From an uncultured Candidatus Saccharibacteria bacterium (lineage in GTDB: Bacteria > Patescibacteriota > Minisyncoccia > Phycocordibacterales > UBA2100), in assembly GCA_964471165.1 (NCBI GenBank), contig CAYYEX010000001.1, positions 1,037 to 65,036 on the forward strand: DNA of 64,000 nucleotides. Direction: 5' to 3'. The translations under genes were made by a program, and so were the position numbers. Of the stretch, positions 1 through 8,600 are shown one piece after another. Positions within the stretch are counted from its first letter, which is position 1. The number at the start of each line of letters is the position of its first letter. Under the pieces are notes generated by a model, which saw only the letters and a list, made by a program, of their open reading frames with translations, was not told the origin of the DNA and did not search any database.

Positions 1-312
1 GCGCTCCAAAAACTCTTCATCGCTGGCATCAAGCGGACAATCTTCGTCGGCAGCGTCTAAAATTGGTTCTTTAAAAATAGTGATGACGTCTGGCATAACC
101 ATGCCGCCGTATTCTTCGCCACGCAGCGTTATCGGAACCCCTTGGTAGTGCCCCAGTAGCGTTTCATCGTGTGCGAGGTTGTTTTGCTCACGCGCCTCTT
201 CACTCGGCTCATCCTCAATGAGGAGGGTTACATTGTCGGCCTTATTTCGAGCCCACTCGGGCAACTTTTCATATGCCTCTGCAACGAGCTGCTGGAACTC
301 CTCATCCGTCAT
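1..312 (-). CDS. DUF1025-like metallopeptidase family protein, N-terminal part only (the gene runs off the window start). Not in the ORF track because there is no stop codon in the window.
   Basis: Minus-strand translation from the ATG at 312-310 gives MTDEEFQQLVAEAYEKLPEWARNKADNVTLLIEDEPSEEAREQNNLAHDETLLGHYQGVPITLRGEEYGG..., matching my recollection of the DUF1025 family. It starts 6 nt after the lysS stop. Confidence 0.5.
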   Translation of the reverse strand, partial: MTDEEFQQLVAEAYEKLPEWARNKADNVTLLIEDEPSEEAREQNNLAHDETLLGHYQGVPITLRGEEYGGMVMPDVITIFKEPILDAADEDCPLDASDEEFLER

Positions 313-317
313 ATGAG

Positions 318-1790
318 CTACGAAATGTCCTTCGGGCGCATGAGCGGGAAAATTTGTGTTTCGTGGGCAGGGCGGTTTTCGAGGAACGAGAAGAGTCGCT
401 CCGAGCAACCAAATCCAAAACTCGGCGGCATGCCGTATTCCATGGCACGCACATAGTCTTCGTCGAGTCGTTGTGCCTCGTCGTCTCCCGCATCGCGAAG
501 CTTCTGTTGGTCTTCAAATCGGGCGCGCTGGTCTTGTGGGTCGTTCAGTTCAGAAAAGCCCTTACCCATTTCAGAGCCCGCAAGCACCACCTGGAAGCGC
601 TCAACAACGTCGGGGTTGCCCGCTACACGCTTTGCGAGCGGTTCCAGGTACACCGGCACTCCCACGAGGAATGCAGGTCCAGCAACGCCTTTGCGGATAA
701 GTTTCCACAATCCATCTATCGCACGCGTTTTGTTTGGTGCATCACCAAACACAACACCTGCATTCTTTGCGGCCTGTATTGCCTCCTCTTCTGTGCATGA
801 AATTGCATTCACGCCGTACTCTTTCTGAATCACTTCAACGAAATCGATGATGCTCCAGTTGTCTGCCAAATCTACCGTGTGATTATTGATTTCAAACGTG
901 TACTTGCCATACACATTCTTTGCAATCGTGCGGTAGAGCTCCTGAACGAACTCCATGCCGTCGCGCATATCTTTAAACGCCTCGTAGGATTCCAGCTGCG
1001 TGTAATCCTGCAGGTGCTCGCGCGACTGGCCTTCATTTCGAAATATGCGACCGATTTCAAATACTTTTGGATAGCCTGCAACGAGCAAACGCTTAAGCCA
1101 AAGCTCGAGAGAAATACGAAGCGACACATCAATATCGAGCGCGTTGTGATGCGTTTCAAATGGTCGCGCATCGGCGCCTCCCGGCGTGCTTTCGAGCACT
1201 GGAGTTTCTACTTCTAAGAATCCTCGTTCAAGATAAAAATTACGGATAGTCTGCCAGAATTTCGAGCGGCGGATAAACATTGCCCGCACATCCTCGTTGA
1301 GCAGAATATCGAGATACCGCTGTCGCAGAATCAGTTCCTCATCCTTCAGTCCATACCAGCTGTCCGGAATCGGTAGGAGCGACTTTGCAATCATCCGCCA
1401 CGAGCGCACTTTTATCGACTGCGCTCCCCGCTTGGTCGTGTACGCAGTGCCTGTGATTTCAATAAAGTCTCCCGTATCAACAACTGCTTCGTAGAGCGCG
1501 AAAAGCGCTTCATCCATGTCGTCTTTCTGGAGCACCGACTGTAAGCGCGCCGTTCCATCGTCGATATCGGCAAACATAATGCCGCCTTGGCCTCGTGAGG
1601 CCATCACACGACCAGCCACTGTTGCGGGAGAGCCTTCGGCTTCCCGCTCTGCAAATGTGCGGACAAACTCAGCGATTGTTGCAGTGGGTTCGGCTTTTGC
1701 CGGATACGGGTCCATCCCCGCTTCCTTTAGCGCCTGGATTTTTTTCAGCCTATCGGCTCGGATATCCGCCTCGGACATGAGCGGCATCAT
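318..1790 (-). CDS. lysS: Lysine--tRNA ligase, class II. True start probably MMPLMSEADI at 1790; the ORF-track N-terminal extension to 1928 is unlikely.
   Basis: Class II aaRS core FRNEGxSxxH, plus an N-terminal anticodon-binding OB fold. Motifs ETPVLESTPGGADARPF and GRIFRNEGQSREH are present. Confidence 0.9.
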   Translation of the reverse strand: MMPLMSEADIRADRLKKIQALKEAGMDPYPAKAEPTATIAEFVRTFAEREAEGSPATVAGRVMASRGQGGIMFADIDDGTARLQSVLQKDDMDEALFALYEAVVDTGDFIEITGTAYTTKRGAQSIKVRSWRMIAKSLLPIPDSWYGLKDEELILRQRYLDILLNEDVRAMFIRRSKFWQTIRNFYLERGFLEVETPVLESTPGGADARPFETHHNALDIDVSLRISLELWLKRLLVAGYPKVFEIGRIFRNEGQSREHLQDYTQLESYEAFKDMRDGMEFVQELYRTIAKNVYGKYTFEINNHTVDLADNWSIIDFVEVIQKEYGVNAISCTEEEAIQAAKNAGVVFGDAPNKTRAIDGLWKLIRKGVAGPAFLVGVPVYLEPLAKRVAGNPDVVERFQVVLAGSEMGKGFSELNDPQDQRARFEDQQKLRDAGDDEAQRLDEDYVRAMEYGMPPSFGFGCSERLFSFLENRPAHETQIFPLMRPKDIS

Positions 1791-1809
1791 ACCACGAGGG
1801 TGTTTGCGT

Positions 1810-2940
1810 CTAGTGGCTGTGACCGTGACTCGTTTCTCTTTTGACCATAGGTGCTCGTCCCCACAAAAAACGCACTGCAATGGCGGTGGTAATCGGTACC
1901 GCAAGCACAATGCCGATGGAGCCCACAATGGTACGCACTATCTCGGTGGCAAAAATTTCTCTGTTTATACTCATGAGCACGTCACCATCGCCGTACCCAT
2001 AGAAAAGCAACAGGAGCGGAAGTGCAGCCCCCACGTACGCAATTGCCAGCGTGTTCACGAGCGCGCCAATGTGCTCTCGGCCGATGCGCAGCGCGCGCTT
2101 ATAGACCTCGAGTCGCGAAAGATGTTTTCCGGCGGATACCAACTCCTCCACGGCAACCGATTGTCCAATCGCTGCGTCATACAAAACACCGAGCGTGCCG
2201 ATAATCATGCTCCCTATCAGCAATCCAGCAATATTTAGAACCCCCCGTGTATTCATGTTCAGATACACCGTTTCGTCCGAGGAGAATCCACTCAGTTGAG
2301 CGAACGGAATTGCCACGTACGCGAGTATTCCCGTGAGCGAAACCGTGAGAATCATGCCGAACACGGCAACAGACGTCGTGCGCGTGAATCCGTGCGTGAT
2401 ATATGACGCTCCCACAATAATTATCGATGCCACACCGACAGCAACCAAAATCGGCGGGTACCCTTGCAGAATGCCCGGCAGCAGTAGAAACATTATGAAA
2501 AAGAGACTGCCCACGAGTGCAAGGAGCCCGCGCAGGCCCTGCATACCGCCAAATATCACAACCACTGCGATGAACAGCACGGTAAGGGCAAGGAGCGCTG
2601 GGAGTCGGTATGGTTCCGATACCGAATAGTATTCGCCCTCATTGAGCGCATCGGTTGTATGCATAAGATAAAACACCGTGCCTTGTTTTAGAACAAGGTA
2701 GTCATTTTCGACGGTGACAATTTTCCCCTTCTCCGGACCGTCCAACACCTCCACACTGATTGTTTGATATGTGCTTTGCACACCGGTGCCGGGGACTTCC
2801 TGCAGCTCTTGAGAGATAACCTCAAGCACTCGCGCTTTCATAGTTACCGTCGTGTCGTGCACAAGCTCCTGTGCACCTGCGCCAAATGGAACGAGACACA
2901 AAAACGCAATGACCGAGAAAAGTGCTCTGCTCAATTTCAT
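1810..2940 (-). CDS. YibE/F-like integral membrane protein with an N-terminal signal peptide and extracytoplasmic domain.
   Basis: 376 aa. A signal peptide, then a soluble domain of about 120 aa, then 7-8 transmembrane helices. This topology is typical of the YibE/F family. Confidence 0.55.
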   Translation of the reverse strand: MKLSRALFSVIAFLCLVPFGAGAQELVHDTTVTMKARVLEVISQELQEVPGTGVQSTYQTISVEVLDGPEKGKIVTVENDYLVLKQGTVFYLMHTTDALNEGEYYSVSEPYRLPALLALTVLFIAVVVIFGGMQGLRGLLALVGSLFFIMFLLLPGILQGYPPILVAVGVASIIIVGASYITHGFTRTTSVAVFGMILTVSLTGILAYVAIPFAQLSGFSSDETVYLNMNTRGVLNIAGLLIGSMIIGTLGVLYDAAIGQSVAVEELVSAGKHLSRLEVYKRALRIGREHIGALVNTLAIAYVGAALPLLLLFYGYGDGDVLMSINREIFATEIVRTIVGSIGIVLAVPITTAIAVRFLWGRAPMVKRETSHGHSH

Positions 2941-2985
2941 TACAGGATTATACGCGGAATTGATCTTTTATCGTGAACAGCTAGT

Positions 2986-3000
2986 TGCAAGTCATTTGCA
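2986..3000. promoter_or_regulatory. Inverted repeat TGCAA-gtcat-TTGCA, a candidate Fur/Zur operator overlapping the -35/spacer region of the zur-like gene promoter.
   Basis: A perfect 5+5 bp palindrome lies immediately upstream of TATACT (3007-3012), which sits 6 nt before the ATG at 3019. This region is shared with the divergent YibE/F gene. Confidence 0.3.
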
Positions 3001-3018
3001 TATATGTATACTCGCTAC

Positions 3019-3441
3019 ATGGACAACGCAGCAATACAGACTCGTCTTCGCTCCGCCGGCTTGCGGGCTACCCGACCCCGCATCGTTATCTTGCAGAAAC
3101 TAGGCGCCGCAACAAGTCCATTATCTGTTGACGAAATCTTTCGCTCTCTCTCCCGTTCACCCATCGACCGCGTAACGATTTATCGTACGCTCGAGCATTT
3201 TATCCGGGTGCGACTCGTCCGTGCGGTTGACCTTAAACGTGACGCAAAGCTCTACGAGCTGCAGGACGAGCACGACCATCATCACTTGGTCTGTGTTGAT
3301 TGCGGCACAACCGAAGACTTTACCGGTTGCAATATTGAGACGATTGCCCAGAAAGCGCTCAAAAAGAGCTCCCACTTTGCAGCAATCTCCGATCACTCTC
3401 TCGAGCTATTTGGCCGCTGCAATGCGTGCACGAGTGCATAA
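3019..3441 (+). CDS. Fur-family metalloregulator, probably Zur (zinc uptake regulator) from genomic context. An alternative upstream start at 3004 is possible.
   Basis: RPRIVILQKL winged helix, IYRTLE motif, and the HDHHHLVCVDCG metal site. It overlaps the downstream ZIP transporter gene by 16 nt, suggesting translational coupling. Confidence 0.85.
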   Translation: MDNAAIQTRLRSAGLRATRPRIVILQKLGAATSPLSVDEIFRSLSRSPIDRVTIYRTLEHFIRVRLVRAVDLKRDAKLYELQDEHDHHHLVCVDCGTTEDFTGCNIETIAQKALKKSSHFAAISDHSLELFGRCNACTSA

Positions 3442-4244
3442 TATTTATGGCTGCACTATTTTCAATTCTTGCAGGTGTTTGCGTAATGTTCGTGTCCCTC
3501 TCTGGAGTCATATTCACATCCAATCGATTCGGGCATTGGATGAAATCTCGTATCACCTACCTCGCCACGTTCTCTGCGGGGGTACTCTCCGTGCTCGCGT
3601 ACCATCTTATCGGTGAAGCATTTGAGGGCGCCACGTCACTTCCCGTTGTTGCTGCTTGCATCGTCATTGGCGTTGTCGCGCTCGAAATTGTGCACGGGTT
3701 CATTCCCGACTCACACCACCACCACGAAGAAGCAAATCACTCACACTCACATGTCGATGGTCGTCGCGTTTTATTGTCGGACGCAGTGCACAATATTACC
3801 GATGGTTTTCTCATTGTCTCGGCGTTTCTCGCAGACTGGCGCATCGGAGTAGGAGCAACCGTCGGCATTATGCTGCATGAACTTGTGCAAGAAATCTCGG
3901 AGTTCTTCGTTCTGAAGCATGCAGGATATACCGACCGACAGGCGCTGACATATAACTTCCTCTCGTCCTCAACGGTGCTTGTTGGCATCGCTATATCTCT
4001 GATTTTCGCAACAACCGGAGGCACAGTATCAATTCTTGCGGCGCTCGCGGCCGGGGGCTTCCTCTCGGTGGTGATTCGCGACCTCATACCGCATGCAATA
4101 GAATCCGCTCGTGCCAAAGGTAAATGGATGCCGCATCTAGCAGCGGTCCTGATTGGCGCAACCGTAATGCTCGCAATTACAGCCGCAATCCCTGAGCACT
4201 CCGAGGAGCACGCCACGCTGCCCAGTGTCGCCCAGTACGCGTAG
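3426..4244 (+). CDS. ZIP-family (ZupT-like) zinc/divalent cation importer.
   Basis: 8 transmembrane helices, a His-rich loop DSHHHHEEANHSHSHVDG, and the ZIP signatures HNITDG and HELVQEISEF. Confidence 0.8.
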   Translation: MHECIIFMAALFSILAGVCVMFVSLSGVIFTSNRFGHWMKSRITYLATFSAGVLSVLAYHLIGEAFEGATSLPVVAACIVIGVVALEIVHGFIPDSHHHHEEANHSHSHVDGRRVLLSDAVHNITDGFLIVSAFLADWRIGVGATVGIMLHELVQEISEFFVLKHAGYTDRQALTYNFLSSSTVLVGIAISLIFATTGGTVSILAALAAGGFLSVVIRDLIPHAIESARAKGKWMPHLAAVLIGATVMLAITAAIPEHSEEHATLPSVAQYA

Positions 4245-4257
4245 TAATTGATGCTTT

Positions 4258-5190
4258 TTACTCCGTCGATGTGACAGAATCCGCTTGTACTGCTTCCGGT
4301 GCGGGCTCGCTAGCAACTGGCTCCGACTCAGGCAACGCATCTGGCGCGTCGTCAGGTTCTGCATCCGGTTCGCTATCAGTCGCCTCGTCGATTTTTCTGT
4401 CGATAACAGGCGTTGTTGTACCGACCTCTGCATCCTCACCACTCGGTGTCGGTTCCGTCACGGCGTCCGTCGAAGTCGACGTTTCGTTGTCCGGCGTCGA
4501 ACTCGCAACTTCAACCGTCGACGTCGCTTCCAAAATTGTCTCGGTGCTTGTTGCTGTTGTCGTTGCGATTGTCACTGCATCTGTGTCGATTACGGGTGTT
4601 TCAATGGTATATGTGAGTGATTCGGCGTCCGGTCCGTAGCCGATTGCTTTGACAGTGTTTTTATCGCGATAAATTACCTGGAAACCTTTTCCCTTTGGAC
4701 TATCGTACACATTCACAGAAATGCTGTTGGAAGTGCTTGTGCCGAACTTTTCCAGAAAGTCTCCGGACTCGTACTCCGGCAATCGTTGTCTCTCTAAAAT
4801 CTGCAGGTACTTTCCATTTTTTTCGTAGTGCTCAGATTGCGCAGCTACAACCGTTTGTATAGCTATATCAATGTCTGCTAGTGAAAGCGTTTCAACAACC
4901 TCATCGGTCTGAACCTCCGGCGCGCTCGTTGCCACATCTTCAGCAATAACGACCTCCTCAACTATTGGCGTACTCGTACTGGCCTCAACGGTTTCCTCAG
5001 ATGAGGTTGCGACACTCTCCTCTGTAGCAGTAGCAATGCTCTCATCGGTAGGCGGAAGTGGCAGAATAGGGGTAGTTGTTGTTGCAAATATTTCTGCGTC
5101 GGAAGACGTTGATACTGATTGTCCGGTTGCAATAATCGGCATTGCAATGACTGCAAGAATGGTTCCGAGGGCAAAGACTCGACGTAACAT
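4258..5190 (-). CDS. Secreted acidic Thr/Glu/Ser/Ala-rich low-complexity protein (hypothetical).
   Basis: Signal peptide MLRRVFALGTILAVIAMPIIATGQ, then T/E/S-rich tracts. An extended -10 TGATAGAAT sits 8 nt upstream of the ATG. Confidence 0.5.
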   Translation of the reverse strand: MLRRVFALGTILAVIAMPIIATGQSVSTSSDAEIFATTTTPILPLPPTDESIATATEESVATSSEETVEASTSTPIVEEVVIAEDVATSAPEVQTDEVVETLSLADIDIAIQTVVAAQSEHYEKNGKYLQILERQRLPEYESGDFLEKFGTSTSNSISVNVYDSPKGKGFQVIYRDKNTVKAIGYGPDAESLTYTIETPVIDTDAVTIATTTATSTETILEATSTVEVASSTPDNETSTSTDAVTEPTPSGEDAEVGTTTPVIDRKIDEATDSEPDAEPDDAPDALPESEPVASEPAPEAVQADSVTSTE

Positions 5191-5264
5191 ATCTATCTAT
5201 TCTATCACCGCGATTAATGATGGGATTAACATATAAAAGCTGTTGCGGATGCCATATGTTTACT

Positions 5265-5678
5265 CTAGTCAACGTTAAAAAACTTCGTCGTCGATGGAGT
5301 TTGAAATGGCTTTTTTATAAACACCGTGTCGTTAAAATCGTAAGGAATATAAATGTTTATTGTTCCAGTTTCACCATCAGCTAATTCCATTTGGATCGCA
5401 TCTACTTTCTCATCTGTACGCGGATCGATAACCCCCACTGTGAAGCAGAGGCAGAGGGCCACTATCTCCCCCTCCTGCACCGTCTTTCGCAAGTCCTTTC
5501 GGATTACTTCTAATTGATCAGCGGCGTTCTCTGCGACGGGTTCATACATATGCACCTCTGGTCTACTGTGGCCTCTGCCGAGCGTAACAACAAAGGGAGC
5601 AACTTCCTCTCTTTTATTTAGCCTGACCTCAATTAGATCGAACGCGAGATTATATGTGGTTTCTAAGATTTCATTCAT
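5265..5678 (-). CDS. Putative immunity protein for the RHS C-terminal toxin (137 aa, cytoplasmic, acidic).
   Basis: Starts 11 nt after the RHS stop codon. Its AT-rich composition matches the toxin tail and differs from the rest of the window. It has no signal peptide. This position and size fit the classic toxin/immunity gene layout. Confidence 0.5.
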   Translation of the reverse strand: MNEILETTYNLAFDLIEVRLNKREEVAPFVVTLGRGHSRPEVHMYEPVAENAADQLEVIRKDLRKTVQEGEIVALCLCFTVGVIDPRTDEKVDAIQMELADGETGTINIYIPYDFNDTVFIKKPFQTPSTTKFFNVD

Positions 5679-5689
5679 AGATCAAACGT

Positions 5690-8600
5690 CTACTTACTTT
5701 TTTTAATCTCATTCAAGTTTTTCCGAATAACTTCAATCTGGTTATTCAATTGCTTTATAGTGTTACTTAGTTGAGTTCTGTGGTCAATAATCAGCTGCAT
5801 CTTGTAGGCAATCTTTTGCGCATGCGCATGAAAATCTCTAAGTTGAGCCGTCCATGCTTGATAGTTAGAATTCTTAACGTCACCAATTGTCTTGGCACTG
5901 TGGTCGAAAATATCGGGAATCCGGCTGGTGCCAGGCTTAGTTACGGACGGAATTTTTTCGGTGTTCTTAACTATCTCGGCTGCTTGTTCTCCGATGGCAC
6001 CCGCTTTCTGATTTTTTGCCAATGAAGCTGCAGCTTCCCCAGCCTTTGCTGCGCGCAACGTAAGCCCCCCAATGGCTGGTACCCCAGGCAATGCCAGCGA
6101 AGTAGTGTCGAGTCCCACTGCCCCGAGATTTGACCAGCTCGGATTGGCAAAAAAGATTCCTACTGAAATTGAAAGCATCGCAAGATCGAATCCGCTTTCT
6201 ATATAAGTTCCCTGTGGGTCTGAGAAGCGCATTGGGTTGCCTCTGCCGTACGAGTAGCTATTAAACTGTTGGGGATCGAGTAAGAAATATGGCTCACTAT
6301 TTCCAGTTATGTTTTTTAACCTCTCAAGATCCCCAATTGCTAAGTGGATCGCATCCTGACTCAAGAACTGTCCGCGAGAGTTTTGTAGATACCTAGCATT
6401 TAGATAATTTAACCCGCTAGCGTCAGTGTATTGGCCGATGAATTGATGCTTTTCGTTTGTCTGACCAGTTGAGCTTGAATAACGAATACCACCGTACGGC
6501 AGGTAGTCGAGGACTTGAAACGGGGTGCCCGAGGCATTTGTAACCACGTTTGTGGAACCAAGATGATCTGAGTGAATGTATCTTGTCGTTGTTGACCTGC
6601 CGTCTGCGGCAACTGTCGCAAGTAGCGAGTCACCTAGGAATATGTACGAAGTGGAGGTTGCTCCTGATATGTCCCAATACTTGTGCGGATACAACGTTGT
6701 GGCAGTCCCGATTGTCTGTCGTACACGCTGATTTTGATAGTCGTAGGCATAGGTGCTCGTAGCTGTGCCAGTAGCAACCTGAGTCATTCGATTGCGGTAG
6801 TCCCACGTGTGGTTCCATGCCCCCGCATTCGTTTCGTTGCCATTGTTGTCGTAAGTAAACGTTGTCCCAAATACTGATGTCGGAGCGTGCGGATTGGCGT
6901 AGCCAGTTCCAGCGTATAGGTGCGTCGGAGTCGTTGTCGCACCACCGCTCGGGCTGTCTGTACTAAATGCTGGGTTATTTACAGCAGTTAAGTCGTTGGC
7001 ACTTGCGGTGCTGTCTGCATATGATTGATTGAACTTGTAGTATGCGGCAAGTCCGGATTCCGCGCCGGTGAGCTGTGAGCCCCTATTTGTATTGATTTGC
7101 GATTGTGTACGTTTTACATTCCAGATTCGCACGTCGTCCAATAACCCATCATATCCGGCGCTCCCCGCCGAGCCATCCGAGCCATACGTCCCTATGCGAA
7201 TTCTGAATGCGTCGTTCTGCGGGTCGTCAGCGAAAGTGCTCGTCGTACCCACAGACAGACCATTCAGGAAAAACTCTGCTTTGTTGGTGATTGCGTCATA
7301 CACCACCGCAATGTGCGACCAGGTACTAGTGGCGAGACTACCGGAGACTGGCGTATCAAATCCCATAAGATTCGATGTAAAGCCAAAATGTGTCGGCTGA
7401 TAAATGAGAAATGCGTACGCACTTGGATCTGCGCCACTTTCTCGTGTTTTGCTAACCACGCCGAAAACATCGTTCATTGATTCCGGCTTTACCCATGCCT
7501 CAATGGTCATGTCACCCGTTATATCGAATGCCGTAGCGTCGTTATGATACGTGTATTGCGCGGAGCCCACTTCCAAATCAAGCGAGCCAGTGTTTCCGTT
7601 TGATGGCGACGTTGTACCCATATACGTCATGTTGCCCAGTACGTCGTAGAGATAGTACTCGGAATACGGGGACGAAGAAGCATTTGTCATCGATGCCCCT
7701 GTAAGTCTATTCAGTCCGTCGTAGGAGTAGGAGACACTTTTTGCTGCTCCGGTTTGTGTCCAATCAGTTATCTGCGTGATGTTACTGGCCGCATCGTATG
7801 TGTAGTCGATTTTCTGAAGGAACGGACTTGATGTTGCGGTTTTGGACGTGTACTTGCTCGACAGTCTGTACAAATGTGCGGCATCGTAGGTATTGACTGT
7901 TCTCACACCATTCCAGAATGTGGTGGTGCCGACTTGACCAAGCGGCGAATAGCTTGTTGTCGATGCAACATTACTCCACACGGTATCTGATGGCGCCTTT
8001 TTCCGCACCGCATACACTTGCCCACCGGGGTTATAGATATATGAAACGAGTGTGCTGTTCGGATATGTGAGGTCCGTGATATTTCCAAGGCGGTCGTACG
8101 TGTACTGCATCATGTAGTTCGTACTAGACGCAGTCGTTGTAGCAAACCGCGTGAGCCCAAGTGCGTTGTATGCGTAGCTCGACGTTGCCGACGGTGTGGC
8201 TGCAATACAAAGTCGTGTTTTGCCATCCGTACAAGTGTCGTACGTATATGTAATTTCAGTACCGCCTGAGCCTGTGTAGTCCTCACTTGTAACCCGATTG
8301 AGTCCGTCGTAGACGAAGTTCACTGTCTGACTCTTGGGATCTACTTGTTGCGATACGTTGCCTGCGAAATCATATGTAAATTGCCACAGGCCGTACGTGG
8401 AATCTGCGGGAGCGTGCAGGTCTTGCGCCTGCGTTCGACGACCGAGTCCGTCATACACGAATCCGCGCACATTCCCAAGCGCATCCGTGGTCGTTGCGAG
8501 GCTACCGGTTAAGTCCCACGTGTAGGTAGTGGTCGCGAGCGTCGAGGCATTGTGTTCTACAACATTCGCTATATTTCCGAACGCATCCTTTGATACATCT

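Noticed and set aside
273-1217. Several plus-strand ORFs (273..800, 356..700, 616..828, 879..1217) overlapping lysS.
   Set aside because: They lie antisense to a highly confident lysS reading frame and have no family signatures.
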